DNA of 33,649 bases from a virus (lineage: Duplodnaviria; Caudoviricetes), in the IMG/VR virus record IMGVR_UViG_3300040971_000128, positions 1-33,649 of that record. One strand, 5' to 3'. Position 1 is the first letter of the stretch. Each line of letters opens with the position of its first letter. Positions 16,799-24,484 of this stretch are shown here, in pieces. The notes below the pieces were generated by a model, which saw only the letters and a program-made list of their open reading frames with translations, searched no databases and was not told the DNA's origin. A program made the position numbers and the translations under genes.

Positions 16799-17763
16799 CT
16801 AAATTTCTAGGTGTCGATGCCGGCAACGGCGCGTTCAAAATTTACGGATCCGAGGGCGGGCTTGAAACGCTCTCGCAGGTGGCCTGGAACGGCAACCAGC
16901 GCGTGGTGGCCACGATGGGGCTGAAGAAGTCCAAAGCCCCGCTCAATATCAAGAATGGACACGGCTCGTTCTACATCGGCGCTGGGGCGCACGACTACGG
17001 GCGACCGGTCGAAAACCTGGATGTGGAACGCTTCAACGGCACGCCCGAAATGGTCGCACTCTTTCACGGGGCGATGACGCAATACCAGCAGCGCTACGGC
17101 ATGTTTGGCGATCCGCTCAGCCTGGTGGTTGGGCTGCCCCAAGAAACCCTGACCGGCGAAACTGCCGATAGCACCCGCGAGAACGTCCGGCGCTGGCTGC
17201 TGGGCGCACACAATTGGTCTGCCGACGGCGCAGAATATCGGGCAGAAGTGGCGGATGTCAAAATAGCCAGCCAGGTCAGCGGCGGATTGTTCGACTATCT
17301 GCTAGATGACGATGGTAAGTTCATCCCATCCCGAAAGGGAGCCTTTACGAAAGAAGTCGGGATCATCTCGGTTGGCTTTGGCACGGTCGAGCTGCTGGTG
17401 GTGCGCGATCGGGCGCCGGTGCAGCGTTTCACAGCCGGGGCAACATCTGGCGTGCGGCGGCTGCTGGAGATTATGAACGGCCAGCGTCTTTATTCCCTGG
17501 GCGAGATGGATATCATGCTGCGGGGCGGGCATCTGGAAACCAGCGAGGCGCTGCCAATCTGGGAGCGCGAGGTGATGGGCGTCATCGAACGCCAGTGGGG
17601 TACTGCATGGCGGCGTTTCGCGGCGGTGCTGGTGATGGGCGGCGGGGCGATCCTGCTGCCAGGGCTGGCGCTGAAATTTAACGGTCGAGGCTACACGCCA
17701 GATAATCCAGTCCAGGCAATTGCCAGGGGCCTGTACAAAATGACCCTGCTGAAACGGGGCTGA
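16795..17763 (+). CDS. parM: Actin-like ATPase, ParM/StbA family
   Basis: GVDAGNGAFK, VVGLP, ISVGFGTVE, MGGGA, AIARGLYK motifs; 322 aa. Confidence 0.88.
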   Translation: MTKFLGVDAGNGAFKIYGSEGGLETLSQVAWNGNQRVVATMGLKKSKAPLNIKNGHGSFYIGAGAHDYGRPVENLDVERFNGTPEMVALFHGAMTQYQQRYGMFGDPLSLVVGLPQETLTGETADSTRENVRRWLLGAHNWSADGAEYRAEVADVKIASQVSGGLFDYLLDDDGKFIPSRKGAFTKEVGIISVGFGTVELLVVRDRAPVQRFTAGATSGVRRLLEIMNGQRLYSLGEMDIMLRGGHLETSEALPIWEREVMGVIERQWGTAWRRFAAVLVMGGGAILLPGLALKFNGRGYTPDNPVQAIARGLYKMTLLKRG

Positions 17764-17764
17764 G

Positions 17765-17989
17765 ATGCCACGCAAAAGATTGGAAACCAGGGTGATTGTG
17801 GTGCGAACTGCAATCACCCTGCGGGCCGGAGATGATGACGACCTGATCGCAGTTTTTGAGCGCGTTCCGGCCCGCAAACGGTCATCTTTTATCAAGGCGG
17901 GGCTGAGAACAGGCACCTTACCGGTCAATCTGGACGGTTTGCCAGATGATTCTGATCTGGCCGAAAGCCTGGATAGTTTCCTGATGTAG
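17765..17989 (+). CDS. ParR-like adaptor (ribbon-helix-helix type)
   Basis: Small gene right after parM; ITLR.GDDDDLIA.FE.VP..KRSSFIK.GLR and acidic tail. Confidence 0.7.
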   Translation: MPRKRLETRVIVVRTAITLRAGDDDDLIAVFERVPARKRSSFIKAGLRTGTLPVNLDGLPDDSDLAESLDSFLM

Positions 17990-18025
17990 TTTGTGACAAA
18001 CAATAAAAATGTTCTTTGTGACAAA
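17989..18025. promoter_or_regulatory. Paired TTTGTGACAAA palindromes (parC/operator candidate)
   Basis: Copies at 17990-18000 and 18015-18025 in AT-rich spacer. Confidence 0.55.
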
Positions 18026-18039
18026 TAACGGAGGTTGAT

Positions 18040-18282
18040 ATGAGCACCTGGATACAGTTCGAAATTGGAGACATCGAGCGGGTACTGTTTTTGGCGCGTT
18101 GTAATCGTAAAGATGTCAACGAGCGCGAAGCCTATGTTTACCGGGCGATTGAGATTGCCCAGAAAACGGCGGTTTTGTGCGAGGACGAAATTACAGCCGC
18201 GGTAAAGATGGCTGCCAGGGCTGGCCTGCCCAGCCTGGTAAGCCGACTCGAGGAGGCCGGACGTGAACGCTGCCAGTTATAG
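18040..18282 (+). CDS. Hypothetical protein
   Basis: GGAGG RBS; operon context. Confidence 0.7.
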   Translation: MSTWIQFEIGDIERVLFLARCNRKDVNEREAYVYRAIEIAQKTAVLCEDEITAAVKMAARAGLPSLVSRLEEAGRERCQL

Positions 18283-18565
18283 CGCGGATGAAGTTAGCCT
18301 GGCGCGCGCGATATTCAAGCCATGGCTTGATGGTGCAAAATTGTCGGCTGATCCGCGCGAATACCTGATTGCAGAGTTTCGGCGCGCCGGGCTTGTTGGT
18401 TCGACCGCTGAAGTTGGGATCGATGGAAATATTCACCGTTGGACGCTTTCTCGCGGCTGCATCCTGGCGCTGGGTAGTGATTACAAAACTATCCTGTGGT
18501 CGAGAACGCTGGAACGTATGGCTGATGCAGCGCTAACACCTTTTGTCCAGCTTAGTTTTTTATAG
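18263..18565 (+). CDS. Hypothetical protein
   Basis: AGGAGG before GTG; overlaps previous gene. Confidence 0.65.
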   Translation: MNAASYSADEVSLARAIFKPWLDGAKLSADPREYLIAEFRRAGLVGSTAEVGIDGNIHRWTLSRGCILALGSDYKTILWSRTLERMADAALTPFVQLSFL

Positions 18566-18575
18566 GGTAAACACG

Positions 18576-19124
18576 ATGATCACTGACAGTACAGAAAGCC
18601 TGCGCATTTATTGCGCCATGTGGCCCGAGCGCGCTGAAGCGCTGCTGACCGTAAAAAACGGTTTTGATATTAACCAGATGACGATGGCCGCCTTTCGCTC
18701 GAATGGGCTGGTTGACTATGGCGGGCAGCTAACCAGTTTTGGCAAAGATGTTGCAGAGCGGGTCGACGCGATCATGCTAGGGCGCTTCGAGGCTCCCCAG
18801 GGCAGCTTGAGCGGGATCGTAAAGGTGCAGCTCGAACAAATTGACATCCGGCAGTTATGCCGGGGTGATACCTGCAAATCGCATGGGCTAAAAGCGGTCC
18901 ACATCAAGGCGCTGCGTTCGATTGCGCTTTATCCAGGGCAGGCATTCAACACGCTCGACCAGGTGTATGGCTATGATACGCTGCGCGATTTGTCACGCGC
19001 TGAGTTCATCCGCTGCGCGGATTGGCGCAAGTATGACCAGGTCTGGCCGACTGCCAAAGCTGATGCGTTCTTGCTTGCGCTGGCCAGCACGGAATTTATG
19101 GCGCATGTCGGACAGCCCGCTTAG
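18576..19124 (+). CDS. Hypothetical protein
   Basis: Long ORF tiling the operon; probable start ATG 18576. Confidence 0.65.
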   Translation: MITDSTESLRIYCAMWPERAEALLTVKNGFDINQMTMAAFRSNGLVDYGGQLTSFGKDVAERVDAIMLGRFEAPQGSLSGIVKVQLEQIDIRQLCRGDTCKSHGLKAVHIKALRSIALYPGQAFNTLDQVYGYDTLRDLSRAEFIRCADWRKYDQVWPTAKADAFLLALASTEFMAHVGQPA

Positions 19125-19365
19125 TCCTGCGCCTGGGGTGCGGATCATCGGTCAGGGGATCGTTGTCGAGAATGTGCGTGTCCGCGACAGCCTGGGCAAG
19201 TTTCACGGCCTGCTCAGGCTGGTTGTGGAGCGCGATGATGGCATACCAGATGTAGACATTTGGATGCAGATGCTGCCGGCAAATGCCGAGTTGCGGCTTA
19301 CCAGGTTGGACGACCTGCGCAAGGGCCGCGTCATTATTTACTACAAACTACAGGAGCACCGATGA
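19105..19365 (+). CDS. Hypothetical protein
   Basis: MSDSPLSP...; stop overlaps next ATG (ATGA). Confidence 0.6.
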   Translation: MSDSPLSPAPGVRIIGQGIVVENVRVRDSLGKFHGLLRLVVERDDGIPDVDIWMQMLPANAELRLTRLDDLRKGRVIIYYKLQEHR

Positions 19366-20630
19366 ACACAGAGAAAATGTTTGTGCGCTCAATAACAGGA
19401 TTGCCTTCAACATTATTGTTTGCAATTTACATTGCGTTTAATCAAGGCCAGCACGAACTCACTGTTGACGATCTTATGGGATGGGTAATGGTCAAGGACT
19501 CCGATTCGGTTAGGAAAGATTGCGAGACACTGGTTGCACTAGGCTTGATCGATATACGCCTGGGAGAACGCGGAAAAAAATACTACCACCTGACCGACAG
19601 CTCACAGCAGTTTTTGCCTGGAATGATGCCGGTTTTGCCTGCGATGCCTGGTGTATTGCAAAATCCAGTTCCCGAAAAATCGGAAACTGGAAAGCGGATG
19701 GTGATAGATGCAACGGTTTCAGTTCCCGAAAAATCGGGAACTGAAACCGAAAATGCCGATTTTGAGCCCAAAAGTAGCCAAAAAACAGTCCAGAATCCGG
19801 TTTTACCGGATTCTGGAACGGGTTCAATCAATCAAGATCTGATTAATGATGATGATATTAAATTAGATTTAAAAAAATCATCATCATCAAGCATGAACCA
19901 AAAAACCGAATTCGTGACCGAGATGCGTCAGGTGACAGTTTTCGAACCTCCGCAGGATTTCCCAACTGTTAGCAAGATTTTGACCAGCATGGAGATGCTT
20001 TTCGGCGATTATCTGACTGCCGATATGTTTGCCGATGATCTATCGCCAAAACTGGCCCTTGCCTGGGTCTGCAAGGCTTGGTTTGATTTTCAAAGCAACC
20101 GAAACTTCACGAATCCTGTAGGTTTGGTTCGGCGGCGACTTGCGGCCAAAGCACCGCGAAAGCTTACCCGCTTAGAAGACATGCCGGCTGATTTTTTAGA
20201 TACGCTTGGCCTTTGGCAAGGGCGTTGCGATGTGTGCGGGCAGGGCTTTCGATCTCGCAGTGCCTTGAGCGAGCATAATTTGCAAGGACATCCAGCAGAG
20301 TTATTTGACGATGAACCCGATGATCTGGAAGCGGCTGCCATGCCTGCGGAAATCCAGCGTGTTGTGGATCTGTCGGTTTTTCCAAGCTGGGATGCCATCC
20401 TGTCGGAATTGCGAGAGCAGATGCCGCGCGCGCGATTTGATACCTGGGTGCGCGATACCGGTCCGGTTTCCTGGGATGTTCAGTCCGGTCGGCTGGAGAT
20501 CGGCGCGCGGAACGCGTATGCCCGCGACTGGCTGGAAGAACGCGTGCAAGAGAAGTGCGCGAAGCTGGTTAGCAAGTTAGCTGGGCAGCCGGTAAAAGTT
20601 GAATTTGTTTGTGCGAGTGGCCTTAGTTGA
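19362..20630 (+). CDS. Replication initiator: N-terminal HTH, C2H2 finger, C-terminal DnaA domain I-like region
   Basis: CDVC..F.....L..H....H; W..IL..L...M....FDTWV..T......L.I...NAYARDWLE; internal palindromes. Confidence 0.78.
   Translation: MNTEKMFVRSITGLPSTLLFAIYIAFNQGQHELTVDDLMGWVMVKDSDSVRKDCETLVALGLIDIRLGERGKKYYHLTDSSQQFLPGMMPVLPAMPGVLQNPVPEKSETGKRMVIDATVSVPEKSGTETENADFEPKSSQKTVQNPVLPDSGTGSINQDLINDDDIKLDLKKSSSSSMNQKTEFVTEMRQVTVFEPPQDFPTVSKILTSMEMLFGDYLTADMFADDLSPKLALAWVCKAWFDFQSNRNFTNPVGLVRRRLAAKAPRKLTRLEDMPADFLDTLGLWQGRCDVCGQGFRSRSALSEHNLQGHPAELFDDEPDDLEAAAMPAEIQRVVDLSVFPSWDAILSELREQMPRARFDTWVRDTGPVSWDVQSGRLEIGARNAYARDWLEERVQEKCAKLVSKLAGQPVKVEFVCASGLS
19664..19887. other. Putative replication origin within initiator gene
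   Basis: Palindromes 19664-19691, 19714-19749, 19789-19817, then AT-rich tract flanked by inverted (ATG)n/(CAT)n. Confidence 0.65.
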
Positions 20631-20646
20631 TAGTTGGAGATTGCGG

Positions 20647-20919
20647 ATGACGCCGTATAGCCAGGTTGATTTGTATGTTTTCTGGGTGTATCGTGCTGGT
20701 TTGGTTTACTGGCCAGTACTGTGCCGACCTGGTCGCCAACGCATGACCAGAGCGGCTTTTGATGACCCGACACGCGCATTGCTTTATGGGCAGGCAGTTG
20801 AGGCGCGTTATCGTCGATGGGTGCAGGCGACGGCGCTGAAAGTTTTGTCTGTTGTGTTTTTGTGGTTAGCGCTTGCCCTGGCTACGTTGGCAGTTTGGTT
20901 GGTGGCAATTGTTGGCTAA
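20647..20919 (+). CDS. Hypothetical protein with C-terminal TM
   Basis: GGAG RBS; VLSVVFLWLALALATLAVWLVAIV. Confidence 0.6.
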   Translation: MTPYSQVDLYVFWVYRAGLVYWPVLCRPGRQRMTRAAFDDPTRALLYGQAVEARYRRWVQATALKVLSVVFLWLALALATLAVWLVAIVG

Positions 20920-21082
20920 AAAGATTTTCAGCACAGGTAGTTCATGCCGTTTCATCTTTCGACGGATAAAAAAGTTTTCGAGACAAAGGTTTTTCTCGAT
21001 TTGGTGTGAATCACAGATTGTTTTTGTTTACGATCGCAAGAATCGCGTTTTGTATTTTGTAATTTGAGAAAGGATATTTATC

Positions 21083-21682
21083 ATGTCAGACAACAATGAA
21101 CAGCCGCAAAAAGAAAGTTTCCTGAAAGACGTTGCCGAGCACTCTATGAATATTATCCGAGACGATGGCGTTTATCGTCATCTTGTTTTTTCGAATAACG
21201 GAAGCTCTATTTATCGCTTTGAGATCATCACCTGGCCTGGTTATCTTTGTTACACCGGCGACATGGGGGCTTTTGTTTTTACACGGGTGCAAGATATGTT
21301 TACATTTTTCAGGAACACTCAACGAAAAATCAACCCTTGCTATTGGGCCGAAAAGGTTGTAGCCGAAAATAAACCTGATGGGGTGGAAGCGTTTAGTATT
21401 GAAAAATTTCGCAACAACGTTTTGGCTTCTACCCGGGCGCATTTATCCATCGAAGATAATGAAGAAATTCCGAGCAATGTCCTTGACGAGATTGCTCCAA
21501 TCCTCGAAGCGCAAGACTTTATTGATGCTATTGGCATCATTCGTGATTTTCGCTCGGACGAAATAGACTTTAACGATTGGTGGGAGTTCCGCAATAAAAA
21601 ATATACGTATGCGTTTATTTGGTGCTGTTATGCCCTGGTTTGGGCGATTGAGCAGTATGACACTACTCATAAGCATTTTTAA
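21083..21682 (+). CDS. Conserved phage hypothetical protein
   Basis: RDDGVYRHL...IITWPGYLC.TGDMG...YWAEK pattern recalled from phage early regions; AT-richer DNA. Confidence 0.75.
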   Translation: MSDNNEQPQKESFLKDVAEHSMNIIRDDGVYRHLVFSNNGSSIYRFEIITWPGYLCYTGDMGAFVFTRVQDMFTFFRNTQRKINPCYWAEKVVAENKPDGVEAFSIEKFRNNVLASTRAHLSIEDNEEIPSNVLDEIAPILEAQDFIDAIGIIRDFRSDEIDFNDWWEFRNKKYTYAFIWCCYALVWAIEQYDTTHKHF

Positions 21683-21690
21683 GGAGAAGA

Positions 21691-21876
21691 ATGTTAAAAA
21701 TCTTGAACAAACAAACTATATCAACCGTATTGCTCAACGATCTAAGTCTTTCGCCCGCAACCATCAGGGAAGTCGTAGAGTTGGTGTGGAATAGCGACGA
21801 GCGCCTGGAAGAAATACAGACCGCTAATCAAAAAGGAGAAAAATCATGTCAGAAAATTTGCAATGGGCAACCGTAG
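21691..21876 (+). CDS. Hypothetical protein
   Basis: AAGGAG RBS; 61 aa. Confidence 0.55.
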   Translation: MLKILNKQTISTVLLNDLSLSPATIREVVELVWNSDERLEEIQTANQKGEKSCQKICNGQP

Positions 21877-22217
21877 ATCTGATGGGTCATGCTCAAACCG
21901 CTGGACGTATCGAAATGGCTGGCGGACTTCTACGGGTGGATGTCCCGGAAGGCGATGGATATCGCACCGAGTATTACGGTATGTCTGCTATTTACTCAAT
22001 CAAGCTTGTCAGCGAGGAAATCGCCCGGGCTTATGCCCATCGCACGATTGATGTAATGTCATTCGATGCGCCGATCGTCTCTCGTGAGCAACATATTGCA
22101 GCTAGGCGCCAGTTCGAAGAAACTGAGTCACTTCTAAGACAGCGTATCTTCGAGCTTGAACGCCGATTAACAGCCGTGAATGTTTTGCCGCCACCGAGCG
22201 AGGTCGACAATGAGTGA
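21846..22217 (+). CDS. Conserved phage hypothetical protein
   Basis: AAGGAG RBS; WA.VDLMGH...AGR...LRVDVP pattern. Confidence 0.72.
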   Translation: MSENLQWATVDLMGHAQTAGRIEMAGGLLRVDVPEGDGYRTEYYGMSAIYSIKLVSEEIARAYAHRTIDVMSFDAPIVSREQHIAARRQFEETESLLRQRIFELERRLTAVNVLPPPSEVDNE

Positions 22218-22635
22218 TGATACAACTTTTCAACCCTGGGAGACAATGGCCCAGGAATTGAGCACTCTACCAGTTAGCTCGCCACCCTGCCCTGCGTGCC
22301 GACACTGGAATCCGCAGCGCGTTTACAGAGAGACCGAGATCGGCCAGCAATTTGACGGAGTACGTCTCTGCTGGAAGCGCATGATGATGACTGACTTTTC
22401 GTGTTTCAGCGAAAGAAAACCGCTAGAAGGAAAATATAAGCTGATCCATGGCGGAGAAAACGGCTGCGGAAAGCTGGCATTCTGGACGTCATCAAAGTTT
22501 GTCTCGTTGGATCATTTACCGAGCAAACAAGTTATTTACTCGGATGGAGATCATCCGCTTCCGGGTGCAATTATGCGCTGCGAATCATGTAAAAAGTTTT
22601 TACCAAAACTAGATATTTTGTTCTACGCTGAGTGA
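22210..22635 (+). CDS. Cys-rich hypothetical protein
   Basis: CPACRHW...C...C and CGK...CESC; probable start ATG 22210. Confidence 0.6.
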   Translation: MSDDTTFQPWETMAQELSTLPVSSPPCPACRHWNPQRVYRETEIGQQFDGVRLCWKRMMMTDFSCFSERKPLEGKYKLIHGGENGCGKLAFWTSSKFVSLDHLPSKQVIYSDGDHPLPGAIMRCESCKKFLPKLDILFYAE

Positions 22636-22676
22636 TTTAGATATAATTGTTTTGCACCTTAAAAAACGGAGCGGGT

Positions 22677-22940
22677 ATGAATGATTGGTCATGCAATCAA
22701 TGTGGTTGGCTGCTGGGTATTATCAGCAGGGATACGTCTCGTGCGCCGCACCTAAACGTATTTTGCACTGCGCGAGAGCCGCAAGACAAAAGCGAACATC
22801 AGTTTGCGGTGGTAGAGCTGGCACACGGGACAATCGTGTGCAGCAATTGCAACCATCGACAAACTTGGTATTTGGCTGAGCGCATGTTGCTAACACTGTT
22901 AAAGCGCAGGCATGCCCGTAGTTTTGGAGTGTCAAAATAA
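22677..22940 (+). CDS. Zinc-ribbon protein (candidate late regulator)
   Basis: W.CNQCG.LLG ... IVCSNC; last gene before late region; TATAAT at 22642-22647. Confidence 0.65.
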   Translation: MNDWSCNQCGWLLGIISRDTSRAPHLNVFCTAREPQDKSEHQFAVVELAHGTIVCSNCNHRQTWYLAERMLLTLLKRRHARSFGVSK

Positions 22941-22942
22941 GG

Positions 22943-23034
22943 TGTAAAATAAAGTTATAGCAGGTCGCTTGATGCGGCCATCGTCGGAGCTGAGCGCCCG
23001 GCACGCAATTTGCGTGTCGGGCGCTCAGCTTTTT
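22943..23034 (+). promoter_or_regulatory. Late leader A: -10 box, small hairpin, terminator hairpin
   Basis: TAAAAT 22945-22950; GGTCGC/GCGGCC stem; 21-bp stem 22988-23030 plus T run. Confidence 0.6.
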
Positions 23035-23049
23035 AGCAAAGGAGAGATT

Positions 23050-23481
23050 ATGTCGTCCAGTAATGTTAAATATGTTTTGCAAGTTGTTTTGTCCATCCTT
23101 ACTTTTGGAGTGGTGTGGGCAGTCGACAATCAGGCAGCCATCATCACCGCTCTGGCGATCCTGATTGTTTGGGCGATCAACGTTATCACCGAGCATCTCG
23201 GAGTCAAGTTCGGACGTCAGATGTTGACGACCGGCCTGTACGTTGTATCGCTTGGACTGGTTGTTATGCTCAACCCGGTCGCGTTGCCTGCTTGGCCTGT
23301 TATGGATGGCGGCGAGCCTGCGCTTGTTATGGTCGCGTTTGGTACCTGGTTGCAAATGCTGGTGTTTGCGCTGCTGCCTTATACAGCCGGGGCCATGACA
23401 ATCTACAACCTGCTGCTCAAAGCCGTCCTCGAGCGGTTATCCCCGCCAATTGATGAGCCTGACAACCAGGTGGTCGGATAA
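23050..23481 (+). CDS. Multi-TM membrane protein (possible holin)
   Basis: About four hydrophobic segments; AAGGAG RBS before ATG 23050. Confidence 0.7.
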   Translation: MSSSNVKYVLQVVLSILTFGVVWAVDNQAAIITALAILIVWAINVITEHLGVKFGRQMLTTGLYVVSLGLVVMLNPVALPAWPVMDGGEPALVMVAFGTWLQMLVFALLPYTAGAMTIYNLLLKAVLERLSPPIDEPDNQVVG

Positions 23482-23519
23482 AACACGAGTGGCGCGGTGA
23501 TGAGCCGCGCCATATCCTT

Positions 23520-23876
23520 ATGCCTACCCAGTCTCTACGCCAATGTTCGTATCCTGGGTGCCATGAGCTGGTGCGCCAGGGACGATGCAGTCGTCACCAG
23601 CGCGCAGCCCACAAGCACGAGCATCAGCGACTGTATGACAGGCAGTGGCGATTGATCCGTGCTGCGCATTTGGCGGCAAATCCCTGGTGTGTCCGTTGCA
23701 TGGATGATGGGGTTTATCGACTGGCATCCGAGGTAGACCACGTCGAACCACATCGAGGGGATCGCGAAAAGTTCCTGCGCGGTCCATTTGAGTCCCTATG
23801 CAAGTCTCACCATTCGAGGAAGACAGCGATTGAAGTTGGTTTTATCCGAGGCATCCCCCCGTCGAAGAAAGTTTGA
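23520..23876 (+). CDS. HNH endonuclease (terminase-associated)
   Basis: CSYPGC; PWCVRC...VDHVEPHRGD...SLCKSHHSRKT; upstream of TerS. Confidence 0.92.
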   Translation: MPTQSLRQCSYPGCHELVRQGRCSRHQRAAHKHEHQRLYDRQWRLIRAAHLAANPWCVRCMDDGVYRLASEVDHVEPHRGDREKFLRGPFESLCKSHHSRKTAIEVGFIRGIPPSKKV

Positions 23877-23940
23877 GCGGGGCCCGTGAAGCGCGTGGGG
23901 TAGGCAATGCGCGGAAGAGTCCCCGATCGACGCCGTATTC
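23850..23940. other. Probable cos region
   Basis: Position between HNH and TerS as in HNH-cos siphoviruses; exact cut site not determinable. Confidence 0.4.
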
Positions 23941-23945
23941 TGGCC

Positions 23946-23959
23946 GTTTCCGCCGAAAC
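23946..23959. promoter_or_regulatory. parS-like palindrome copy 4 (GTTTCCGCCGAAAC)
   Basis: GTTTC-N4-GAAAC, intergenic. Confidence 0.55.
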
Positions 23960-24022
23960 GGGCCTGGATTTTGCCAAAATGACGGGCTAAAACCTTGTTG
24001 GAGTCTGCGGAGTTATTGAAAT

Positions 24023-24484
24023 ATGCCGACAAAGCATGTCAGCGCCGATACGATGAATGTTGGCAAAAAAGGAGGGGGCAAACACTGGACAAAAGCCGAG
24101 GTCGAATCGAGAGAAGAGGCCGCGGAATTGTTTGATAGAGTCGATGCTGCGAAAATCACGGCGCCAGATTGGCTCAGCAAAGAAGGAAAAGTTATTTGGG
24201 ATAAAAAAGTGGGGGAGATTGCCGGCCTGGCTGGCCAGAGTGAACTGCTCGATGCGCTCGACAGTGAGATGCTGGCCATGTTTTGCGAAACGGTGGCCAA
24301 CTATATCAAGCTCAATCAAAAAAAGCGAAAAAGCCTCGACGATCACAAGCTGGCCCAGGCGTACCAGCGGATTATGGTGCAGTGCTCAGAGCGGTTGGGT
24401 TTTACGCCTGGATCTCGCGCCAGACTCATCAAAAAGCGCGCAGATGGCAAAGTGGAAGACCGATTCGGGAAAGATTTTGACTGA
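24023..24484 (+). CDS. terS: Terminase small subunit, P27 family
   Basis: PDWLSKEGK..W, D..MLAMFCE, LGFTPGSRARL. Confidence 0.9.
   Translation: MPTKHVSADTMNVGKKGGGKHWTKAEVESREEAAELFDRVDAAKITAPDWLSKEGKVIWDKKVGEIAGLAGQSELLDALDSEMLAMFCETVANYIKLNQKKRKSLDDHKLAQAYQRIMVQCSERLGFTPGSRARLIKKRADGKVEDRFGKDFD

Noticed and set aside
23520-23876. Mobile homing endonuclease
   Set aside because: Size and position match terminase-associated HNH proteins
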